A DNA stretch of 64,000 nt, taken from assembly GCF_036566765.1 (NCBI RefSeq), contig NZ_DATCVQ010000709.1:7200-71199 (forward strand), in the 5' to 3' direction. The translations under genes were made by a program, and so were the position numbers. Below, piece after piece: positions 34,273-42,662 of this stretch. Under the pieces are notes generated by a model that had not been told where the DNA came from, did not search any database, and worked only from the letters and a program-made list of their open reading frames with translations. Positions within the stretch are counted from its first letter, which is position 1. Every line of letters begins with the position of its first letter. Source of the stretch: Streptomyces sp. (GTDB taxonomy: Bacteria; Actinomycetota; Actinomycetes; Streptomycetales; Streptomycetaceae).

Positions 34273-35535
34273 TTGCCCAGTCCCTATCGCGCGATCTTCG
34301 AGGCCCCGGGCACCCGGGCCTTCTCGGTCGCCGGCTTCGTCGGCCGGATGCCGCTGTCCATGATGGGCATCGGCATCGTGACCATGATTTCCCAGGTCAC
34401 CGGACGGTACGGACTCGCCGGCGCGCTCTCTGCGGCGCTCGCGCTCTCCGCGGCGGTGCTCGGCCCCCAGGTCTCGCGGTACGTGGACCGGTACGGGCAG
34501 CGCCGGGTGCTGCGGCCCGTGACGCTCGTCGCGGTGGCGGCGGGTGCCGGACTGCTGCTCTGCGTCACGTTCGAGGCGCCGGACTGGACGCTCTTCGCCT
34601 TCACCGCCGTCATCGGCTGCGTGCCGAGCCTCGGCGCCATGACCCGCGCACGCTGGGCGTCGATCTACCGGGGCCAGGGCAGCATGCTGCACACCGCGTA
34701 CGCCTGGGAGTCGATCGTCGACGAAGTGTGCTTCATCTTCGGTCCGATCATCTCCATCGGCCTGTCGACGATCTGGTTCCCGGAGGCCGGCCCGTTGCTC
34801 GCGGGCGTCTTCCTGGCGATCGGCGTCTTCTGGCTGACCGCCCAGCGGGCCACGGAGCCGAAGGCCCACCCGCGCGAGGAGCACAGCGGCGGCTCGGCCC
34901 TGCGCTCCCCCGGTCTTCAGGTCCTCGCCCTCACCTTCGTCGCCGTGGGCTCCGTCTTCGGCGCGGTGGACGTGGTGACGGTCGCCTTCGCCGAGGAGCG
35001 CGGCTCGAAGGCGGCGGCCAGCCTGGTCCTCGCCGTGTACGCGCTGGGCTCCTGCCTGGCGGGCGCGGTCTTCGGGACGCTGCGCCTCAAGGGCGATCCG
35101 TCGCGCCGGTGGCTGCTGGGCGTGACCACGATGGCCGTGAGTATGATCCCCCTCCTACTGGCCGGGAACCTGCCGTTGCTGGCCGTGGCGCTCTTTGTCG
35201 CGGGTATGTCCATCGCGCCGACGATGGTGACCACCATGGCCCTCGTCGAAGCGCACGTACCGCGCTCCAAGCTCACCGAGGGCATGACCTGGACAGGGAC
35301 CGGGCTCGCGATCGGTGTGGCGCTCGGCTCGTCGGCCGCCGGCTGGGTGGTCGACGCCTCGGGGGCGGCCGCGGGGTACGTGGTGCCCGTCGTCTCGGGC
35401 GCGGTCGCGGTCGTGGTGGGCCTCCTGGGCTACCGCCGGCTGGGCAGGCCGGCGCCGACGCGGGAGGGGCAGCGTGAGCGAGACGCAGAAATCGCTGAGG
35501 AGCACGAGGACGGGGAGCAGCAGCCCGTGGCGTAA
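34273..35535 (+). CDS. MFS transporter
   Basis: 12 TM pattern with DRYGQRRVL loop motif; TTG start. Confidence 0.88.
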   Translation: MPSPYRAIFEAPGTRAFSVAGFVGRMPLSMMGIGIVTMISQVTGRYGLAGALSAALALSAAVLGPQVSRYVDRYGQRRVLRPVTLVAVAAGAGLLLCVTFEAPDWTLFAFTAVIGCVPSLGAMTRARWASIYRGQGSMLHTAYAWESIVDEVCFIFGPIISIGLSTIWFPEAGPLLAGVFLAIGVFWLTAQRATEPKAHPREEHSGGSALRSPGLQVLALTFVAVGSVFGAVDVVTVAFAEERGSKAAASLVLAVYALGSCLAGAVFGTLRLKGDPSRRWLLGVTTMAVSMIPLLLAGNLPLLAVALFVAGMSIAPTMVTTMALVEAHVPRSKLTEGMTWTGTGLAIGVALGSSAAGWVVDASGAAAGYVVPVVSGAVAVVVGLLGYRRLGRPAPTREGQRERDAEIAEEHEDGEQQPVA

Positions 35536-36814
35536 CTGGGCGGGCACGGTGGAGTCCCGGCCGGCCCGGGAGGCCGGCCCGGCCTCCGCCGAGGAGCTCG
35601 CCGACGAGGTGCGCCGGGCCGCCGAGGACGGGCTGCGGGTCAAGACGGTCGGCACCGGGCACTCGTTCACCTCGATCGCCGCCACGGACGGGCTGCTGAT
35701 CCGTCCGGACCTGCTCACCGGCATCCGCCGGATCGACCGCGATTCGATGACCGTCACCGTGGAGTCCGGCACCCCGCTGAAGCGGCTGAACGTGGCGCTG
35801 GCCCGGGAGGGTCTGTCGCTCACGAACATGGGCGACATCATGGAGCAGACGGTCGCCGGGGCCACCTCCACCGGCACCCACGGCACGGGACGGGACTCGG
35901 CCTCGATCGCCGCGCAGATCCGCTCCCTTGAGCTGGTGACGGCCGACGGGGAGCTGCTGACCTGCTCCGAGAAGGAGAACCCCGAGGTCTTCGCCGCGGC
36001 CCGGATCGGGCTCGGCGCACTGGGCGTCATCACGGCGATCACCTTCGCCGTGGAGCCCCTCTTCCTGCTCACCGCGCGCGAGGAGCCGATGAGCTTCGAC
36101 CGGGTCACCTCGGAGTTCGACGCGCTGCACGCGGAGAACGAGCACTTCGAGTTCTACTGGTTCCCGCACACCGACAACTGCAACACCAAGCGCAACAACC
36201 GCAGCGCTGGCCCCGAGGCGCCGCTGGGCCGGCTGAGCGCCTGGGTCGACGACGAGCTGCTCTCCAACGGCGTGTTCCAGCTGGCCTGTTCGCTCGGGCG
36301 CGCGGTGCCGCCGGTCGTCCCGTCGATCGCCAAGCTCTCCAGCCGCGCGCTGTCGGCCCGTACGTACACCGACATCCCGTACAAGGTGTTCACCTCGCCG
36401 CGGCGGGTCCGGTTCGTGGAGATGGAGTACGCGCTGCCGCGCGAGGCGGCGGTGGCCGCGCTGCGCGAGCTGAAGGCGATGATCGAGAGCTCCCCGCTGA
36501 AGATCAGCTTCCCGGTGGAGGTGCGGACCGCGCCGGCGGACGACATCGCGCTCTCCACCGCCTCGGACCGGGAGACGGCGTACATCGCCGTGCACGTCTA
36601 CAAGGGCACTCCGTACCGCGGGTACTTCAACGCGGTGGAGCGCATCATGACGGCGCACGGCGGGCGGCCGCACTGGGGCAAGGTGCACACCCGGGATGCC
36701 GCGTACCTCTCCGAGGCCTATCCACGCTTCGGCGAGTTCATCGCCCTTCGCGACCGCCTGGACCCGGACCGGCGGTTCGGCAACGACTACTTGCGCCGGG
36801 TGCTGGGCGACTGA
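35474..36814 (+). CDS. D-arabinono-1,4-lactone oxidase family FAD-linked oxidase
   Basis: WRNWAG, VGTGHSF, GATSTGTHGTG, EMEYALP, GGRPHWGK. Confidence 0.88.
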   Translation: MSETQKSLRSTRTGSSSPWRNWAGTVESRPAREAGPASAEELADEVRRAAEDGLRVKTVGTGHSFTSIAATDGLLIRPDLLTGIRRIDRDSMTVTVESGTPLKRLNVALAREGLSLTNMGDIMEQTVAGATSTGTHGTGRDSASIAAQIRSLELVTADGELLTCSEKENPEVFAAARIGLGALGVITAITFAVEPLFLLTAREEPMSFDRVTSEFDALHAENEHFEFYWFPHTDNCNTKRNNRSAGPEAPLGRLSAWVDDELLSNGVFQLACSLGRAVPPVVPSIAKLSSRALSARTYTDIPYKVFTSPRRVRFVEMEYALPREAAVAALRELKAMIESSPLKISFPVEVRTAPADDIALSTASDRETAYIAVHVYKGTPYRGYFNAVERIMTAHGGRPHWGKVHTRDAAYLSEAYPRFGEFIALRDRLDPDRRFGNDYLRRVLGD

Positions 36815-37257
36815 CGGGCCGTCCGGCGAGGCGATTGGTTGCATTTCGGCCCATTCCGTGAAGAACGCCCCGTGTCACGGGAGTTCACGCAGACTCAACT
36901 CCCGTACCGGCGCAGAACTTCGGCGGCGCGGCGGTCCACCCAGGTGGCCCGAATGGAGTACTGTGGCGAACCCGGGGCCGTGCTCCCTCGCGGGTTCACG
37001 GAACACCGGGTGGGGGCCGAAAGCGGCACTCGAACCGGCGGCGCCGCTGCACCGCACGGCGCCCTGCTGCACAGCGTGACCGACCGGTCACTCTGCGTTG
37101 CAAATAGGTAACCGTGCCATAACGGCGTTCCAGGGTCCAGGCCCGACACGCCGGGCAACTCGGCAAGGTTGTGGCAGGCTGCACCCGGGCAGGCCACACT
37201 CGACTAGCGGAAGCAGCGACGCACGTGACGTCGGCAGGCACCACCCGGGAGGTCCCC

Positions 37258-38295
37258 ATGCCCGAACTGCGTGTCGTGGCCGTCTCCAACGACGGCACAC
37301 GACTGGTGCTGAAGGCTGCTGACAGCACGGAGTACACGCTTCCGATCGACGAGCGGCTCCGCGCCGCCGTGCGCAACGACCGCGCACGCCTCGGCCAGAT
37401 CGAGATCGAGGTGGAGAGCCACCTCCGGCCCCGCGACATCCAGGCGCGCATACGCGCCGGTGCCTCCGCGGAGGAGGTCGCCCAGCTCGCCGGCATCCCC
37501 GTCGACCGCGTCCGCCGTTTCGAGGGCCCCGTGCTCGCGGAGCGGGCGTTCATGGCCGAGCGGGCCCGCAAGACGCCGGTGCGCCGGCCCGGCGAGAACA
37601 CCGGACCCCAGCTCGGCGAGGCGGTCCAGGAGCGGCTGCTGCTGCGCGGCGCGGAGAAGGACGCCGTGCAGTGGGACTCCTGGCGGCGTGACGACGGCAC
37701 CTGGGAGGTGCTGCTCGTCTACCGGGTGGCCGGCGAGGTGCACAGCGCGAGCTGGACGTACGACCCGCCGCGCCGGCTCGTGCAGGCGGTGGACGACGAG
37801 GCGCGCTCGCTGATCGGCGAGACCGACGACACGATCACGGCCCCGGAGCCGAGCTTCCCGTTCGTGCCCCGGATCGCCCGACTGCCCCGGGACCGGCCGC
37901 TGGACCGCGCCCTGGACCGCCAGATGGAGCGGCAGCAGCCTCCGGCGCCGCCCGTCGAGGAGGAGAGCGAGCGGGACTCGCTCACCAGCCTCCTGGAGGC
38001 GGTGCCGAGCTTCCGCGGCGACATGGTCGTACCGGACCGGTCCGACGAGGCTCCGGCCACGGAGCCGGACCACGAGCCCGAGGCGGAGGAGCCGCCGGCC
38101 CCGGCGGCCTCGGCCGGCGCGGGCTCGGCGTACGCCGACGTGCTCATGCCGCGCGCGGTGTCGGGCCACCGGGACCGTCTGATCGGGACCACTGACCGGC
38201 AGGCGGAGGCGGACGGCGTCCGTCCGGGCCGCCGGGCGGCGGTGCCGAGCTGGGACGAGATCGTGTTCGGCACGCGCCGGAAGAAGCAGGATTAG
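37258..38295 (+). CDS. sepH: Septation protein SepH (DUF3071)
   Basis: LRPRDIQARIRAGASAEEVA HTH, W..W...DG.W, C-terminal RRAAVPSWDEIVFG. Confidence 0.88.
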   Translation: MPELRVVAVSNDGTRLVLKAADSTEYTLPIDERLRAAVRNDRARLGQIEIEVESHLRPRDIQARIRAGASAEEVAQLAGIPVDRVRRFEGPVLAERAFMAERARKTPVRRPGENTGPQLGEAVQERLLLRGAEKDAVQWDSWRRDDGTWEVLLVYRVAGEVHSASWTYDPPRRLVQAVDDEARSLIGETDDTITAPEPSFPFVPRIARLPRDRPLDRALDRQMERQQPPAPPVEEESERDSLTSLLEAVPSFRGDMVVPDRSDEAPATEPDHEPEAEEPPAPAASAGAGSAYADVLMPRAVSGHRDRLIGTTDRQAEADGVRPGRRAAVPSWDEIVFGTRRKKQD

Positions 38296-38313
38296 CGGGA
38301 CTGAAGCGTCAAA

Positions 38314-38351
38314 GGGAGGGGCCGGTACCCGAGTCGGGTACCGGCCCTTCT
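38314..38351. terminator. Bidirectional hairpin terminator
   Basis: GGGCCGGTACCCGAG/TCGGGTACCGGCCC between convergent genes. Confidence 0.7.
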
Positions 38352-38373
38352 TGTCGTGCCGCTCCGTGTCCGA

Positions 38374-39201
38374 CTACGGGTTCGGGCCCGTGGCCACCGG
38401 CCGGTTCGGGTCGCTGACCCACTCGGACCAGGAGCCCGCGTACAGGGCCGCCGGAATGCCCGCGATCTCCAGCGCCACGAGCTGCTGGGCGGCGGAGACG
38501 CCGGAGCCGCAGTAGACGCCCACCTCCGGCGCGTCCGCCGCGCCGAGCGCCTTGAAGCGGGCGGTCAGCGTCTCGGCGGGCAGGTACCGGCCGTCCGCGT
38601 CGACGTTCTCCATGGTGGGCGCCGACACCGCGCCCGGGATGTGGCCGGCGACCGGGTCGATCGGCTCCGTCTCGCCCCGGTACCGCTCCCCCGCCCGCGC
38701 GTCCAGCAGGAGTCCGGTACGCGCAAGGGCCGCCGCCTCCTGCGCGTCCAGGAGCCGCAGCGCGCCCGGCTCGGGGGCGAAGTCGCCCTCCTGCGGGGAC
38801 GGGGCCTCGGTGGACAGCGGTCCGGTCCAGGCGGGCAGACCGCCGTCGAGGATCCGTACGTCCGGGTGGCCCGTCCAGCGCAGCATCCACCACGCGCGGG
38901 CCGCGGCCCAGCCCTGCCCGCCGTCGTACACGACCACGGGGGCGTCGGCCCGGACGCCGGCCCGGCGCATCACGGCGCCGAAGGCCGCCACGTCCGGCAG
39001 CGGGTGCCGGCCGCGGCCGCCGCCGGGCGGGTCCGCGAGCTCCGCCTCCAGGTCGACGTAGACCGCGCCGGGGAGATGCCCGGCCTCGTACGCGGGACGT
39101 CCCGGCGGGCCGCCCATCTGATAGCGGACGTCGAGCAGCACAGGCGGACGCGACCCGGCATATTCGCTCGCGAGTTCGGATGCGGAGATGATGGGTGTCA
39201 T
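38374..39201 (-). CDS. Sulfurtransferase (two rhodanese domains)
   Basis: GHLPGA, AARAWW, LDGG, GHIPGA, YCGSGVSA, YAGSWSEW. Confidence 0.92.
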   Translation of the reverse strand: MTPIISASELASEYAGSRPPVLLDVRYQMGGPPGRPAYEAGHLPGAVYVDLEAELADPPGGGRGRHPLPDVAAFGAVMRRAGVRADAPVVVYDGGQGWAAARAWWMLRWTGHPDVRILDGGLPAWTGPLSTEAPSPQEGDFAPEPGALRLLDAQEAAALARTGLLLDARAGERYRGETEPIDPVAGHIPGAVSAPTMENVDADGRYLPAETLTARFKALGAADAPEVGVYCGSGVSAAQQLVALEIAGIPAALYAGSWSEWVSDPNRPVATGPNP

Positions 39202-39477
39202 GGGAGCCATCCTCGCGCAGTCGCGGCCGGCCCTGCCGTGACCGTGTCGAGCAGGAATTCAGGCAGGGAGCGACAAACCAGACATCCTCTCGCGGGATCG
39301 CGCCGTAATCGGCGCGGTCGGGGCGCGCGACACGCCAGGTGGTGCGAGCATCGGCACGGGACACGCGACACCACGCCGCCTCGGGCCTGATCCAGGAGGA
39401 CGGGCCCGGGCCCTCGACGGCCGGTCGCGTACGCCCCTGTCCCCCCGCACGGCCACCGGCGATGGTCCGAGGAGAGA

Positions 39478-40260
39478 GTGACGATGACCGAGGCGACTCG
39501 GCGCACACCCGGTACACCCTGTTGGGTGAGCCTCATGGTGCACGGGCTCGACACCACCCAGGAGTTCTACGGCGCACTGTTCGACTGGGAGTTCCAACCG
39601 GGCCCGCAGCAGCTCGGCCCGTACTCCCGCGCCCTGCTCGACGGCAAGGAGGTGGCGGGCATCGGCCAGCTGCCCCCCGACCGTCATCTGCCGATCGCCT
39701 GGACCACCTATCTCGCCACCGACGACGCGGACGAGACCGCCGAGCTGATCCGCTGCTGCGGCGGCACGGTCGCGGTCGGGCCCCTGGACGCCGAGGACGC
39801 CGGCCGGCTGGCGATCTGCTCCGACCCGACGGGCGCGGTGTTCGGCATCTGGCAGGCCGCGGCGCACCACGGCACCGCCATGGCGGGACCGCCCGGCACG
39901 CCGGTCTGGAACGAGCTGCTGACGCACGAGACCTCGACGGTCGGCAAGTTCTACCAGACGGTCTTCGGGTACGAGATCGAGCCGGTCGTCTCGGCCGACT
40001 TCGACTATCTGACGCTGCACCTGGACGGCCGCCCGGTGGCGTCCCTGCACGGCGTCGGCAACGCGCTGCCGCGCACCCGGGGCGCGCACTGGATGACGTA
40101 CTTCGAGGTCGCCGACACCGACGGCGCGGCCCGGCTGATCACCGAGCTGGGCGGCCAGGTGCTGCGGCCGCCCCGGGAGGGCACGGCGGGCCGGCTGGCC
40201 CTGGTGACCGACCCGGAGGGCGCGGTGTTCACGATCGTCTGCTCGGCGGAGCAGGGCTGA
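39478..40260 (+). CDS. VOC/glyoxalase family protein
   Basis: Duplicated PGTPCWV.L / PGTPVWNEL and DP.GAVF.I halves. Confidence 0.88.
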   Translation: MTMTEATRRTPGTPCWVSLMVHGLDTTQEFYGALFDWEFQPGPQQLGPYSRALLDGKEVAGIGQLPPDRHLPIAWTTYLATDDADETAELIRCCGGTVAVGPLDAEDAGRLAICSDPTGAVFGIWQAAAHHGTAMAGPPGTPVWNELLTHETSTVGKFYQTVFGYEIEPVVSADFDYLTLHLDGRPVASLHGVGNALPRTRGAHWMTYFEVADTDGAARLITELGGQVLRPPREGTAGRLALVTDPEGAVFTIVCSAEQG

Positions 40261-40295
40261 GGGCCGCGCGAGCCCTGTGACCTACGCGTCAGCCC

Positions 40296-41615
40296 TCAGC
40301 GGCCCGCGCGGACGAGGCCGCGGCGCAGCCGGGACCGCTGGCGCGGCACCGTCCCGCCCTGGAGCCCCAGCTCGGTCAGCCGCTCGCGCGGGAAGCAGTG
40401 CGCGGTGCGCTCGTCGCGGGCGAGGTCGAGGAGGAGCCCGGCGACCTCGTCGCGCAGGGCGGGGTGGCTCGTCGGCCGCATGCAGTACCCGACCGCGCGG
40501 ACCAGCGGCGCCAGCGTGTCGGGAGCGGCCCCGGGCACGGCGGGCGTCTCGCCGCCCTCCAGGTCCGGGACCAGATGGTCGACGACGGTCAGCGGCACCC
40601 GGTTGCTGTTCTCGTACGGGGTGAGCCGCTCCAGGACCGTGCGGGTGCCGACCCGGGCGACCGGGACCTCGTAGTACACCGACGCGGTGAGCATGGCGGT
40701 GGAGAAGCAGCCCACGACGAGCTTGGGTCGGCAGCGCTCGTAGAAGGTCTCGGCGAGCAGCGGCCCGTCCAGGACGGTCAGCCGCACCCCGGCGGCCTCG
40801 GCCGCCTCGTTCAGGGCCAGCGAGTAGCGGGCCGGGGCGGTGGGGTGCGGCTTGAAGACCACCGAGTCGTGGCCGGCCTCGGCTGCGGAGCGCAGCATCC
40901 GGACATGCAGCTCTTCCTCCTCGTCGGCGGTGAGGATGCCGAGCGCGGCGAGGTACTGGCCGAGCAGCAGGGCGGTCGGCGCGGCCGCGACGGCGCGCTC
41001 GACCTGGGGGTCGCCCTCCGCGGCGGCGGCGATCTCGGAGAGGACCCGGCGGAAGGCCGCGTCGGGGACCAGCTCGGCCTCGACGCCGTACTCGGTCAGC
41101 AGCATCGGGCGCAGCCCGGGCACCAGGTCGAGGTGGAGGAGCCGGTGGATGCGGCAGGCGATTGACTGGGGCAGGTCGTCGCGGGTGGGGCCGTAGCTCA
41201 TGAGGCCGTCCGCGTACACCTGGATGGAGCTCTCGGCGAAGGCTGCGGCGAGCGCGCGGGCCGGGTTGACCTGGATGGACTCGACGATCAGCTCGACCGG
41301 GGCGTCGTCGAGGTCCCAGGCGGTCCGGAAGACCCGCTGCCACAGCGGGGCCTCCTCGGGGCGCGGGCTCCAGGTGCCGGGGTGGTGCGGCCGGATCGCG
41401 TCGTTCCAGTCGATCACGCCGTCGAAGCGGGCAGCGATCGCGTCGTAGCCGGTCATCTCCGCGAGACGCAGCGCGGTCTCGGGGATCTCGGCGTTGTTGG
41501 AGACGAGCAGCAGGCGGCGGGCGTGGTCGCGCGGGCCGAACTGCCCGGCGTCCAGGGCGGCGGCGAGGGTGGCCGCTCCGTAGAGCGTGGACACCTGGAA
41601 GAGCTGTGTGCGCAT
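40296..41615 (-). CDS. Polysialyltransferase-like (CMP-nonulosonate) glycosyltransferase
   Basis: VYADGLMSY and VVFKPHP resemble the D/E-D/E-G and HP motifs of bacterial sialyltransferases; GCFSTAMLTA. Confidence 0.65.
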   Translation of the reverse strand: MRTQLFQVSTLYGAATLAAALDAGQFGPRDHARRLLLVSNNAEIPETALRLAEMTGYDAIAARFDGVIDWNDAIRPHHPGTWSPRPEEAPLWQRVFRTAWDLDDAPVELIVESIQVNPARALAAAFAESSIQVYADGLMSYGPTRDDLPQSIACRIHRLLHLDLVPGLRPMLLTEYGVEAELVPDAAFRRVLSEIAAAAEGDPQVERAVAAAPTALLLGQYLAALGILTADEEEELHVRMLRSAAEAGHDSVVFKPHPTAPARYSLALNEAAEAAGVRLTVLDGPLLAETFYERCRPKLVVGCFSTAMLTASVYYEVPVARVGTRTVLERLTPYENSNRVPLTVVDHLVPDLEGGETPAVPGAAPDTLAPLVRAVGYCMRPTSHPALRDEVAGLLLDLARDERTAHCFPRERLTELGLQGGTVPRQRSRLRRGLVRAGR

Positions 41616-41657
41616 GGGGGGTTCGGGCTTCCTGCGGGGTTCGGGCGTCATGGCGGT

Positions 41658-42623
41658 TCAGGCGGCCCTTCGGGCGCCGCGCAGGCGCTGGAGCAGCGTG
41701 CTGCGGGTCGTGTCCATCGTCGCGAGCGTCTCGTCGAGGACCCCCTGCGGCATGCGGGCGAGCGCGTCGGTCACGTCGCGCCTGAGCCGCTTGGCCACGG
41801 CGGGCTCGTACTGGTCGGCCTTGGCCATGTGGAAGGCGATCATGGCGCAGTAGGTGCGGACCGCCTTGGGCAGGAAGCGGTCGGCATCCGGGTCCTGCGA
41901 GACCTCGTCCAGGAGCAGGTCGTACGACGGAATGAAGTCGAGCTGCCGGTTGTCGGTGATCTGGGTGAGCGAGGTGGTGACGCCCCGCCGGTAGAACACG
42001 CCGTGCAGCGAGAGCGCCGCGTACGTGGTGGCCTTGAGGTGCAGCCGCCAGACCCAGAGCCGGTCCTCGGCCGTGCGCAGCTTCGTCTCGAAGCGCGACT
42101 CGCCGTCGCGGAAGAGGCGGCCGCTGTAGATCCCGAAGGGGACGAACGGGTAGTCCACCATCGTGACCATGCTGGCCGGGGCGATCCCGTCGCGCGGGTT
42201 CATCACCGTGTCGCGCGACTTGGCCGGGGCGTACCGGATCTGGCGGTTCCGGCCGTTCGACTGGACGTGGTCGGTGCGGGCGAAGTCGCAGCCGAGGGCC
42301 TCGACGCGGTCCACCATGGCGCGCAGGTGGCCCGGGGCGTACCAGTCGTCGCCGTCGAGGAACGTGATGTAGTCCCCGGTCGCCGCGTCGATGCCGGTGT
42401 TGCGGGCCTGGGCGACGCCCTGGTTGGCGGCGTGCCGGATCACGGTGGCGTTGGGGACGCGGCCGCTCCAGTGGTCGAGCACGTACGGGGTGTCGTCCGT
42501 CGAGCAGTCGTCGATCAGCAGGAACTCGAAATCCGGGTCCGCGTTGTTCGCGAGGCTGCGCATGGTGTCGGGGGCGTACGGCCCGACATTGTGGAACGGT
42601 ACGACGACGGACAGCTTCGGCAC
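41658..42623 (-). CDS. GT2 family glycosyltransferase
   Basis: LSVVVPFHN, IDDCSTD, GVAQARNTG, FLDGDD. Confidence 0.9.
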   Translation of the reverse strand: MPKLSVVVPFHNVGPYAPDTMRSLANNADPDFEFLLIDDCSTDDTPYVLDHWSGRVPNATVIRHAANQGVAQARNTGIDAATGDYITFLDGDDWYAPGHLRAMVDRVEALGCDFARTDHVQSNGRNRQIRYAPAKSRDTVMNPRDGIAPASMVTMVDYPFVPFGIYSGRLFRDGESRFETKLRTAEDRLWVWRLHLKATTYAALSLHGVFYRRGVTTSLTQITDNRQLDFIPSYDLLLDEVSQDPDADRFLPKAVRTYCAMIAFHMAKADQYEPAVAKRLRRDVTDALARMPQGVLDETLATMDTTRSTLLQRLRGARRAA

Positions 42624-42662
42624 ACGGATTCCCCACACTCGAACGGCACTCCGCGCGGCACG

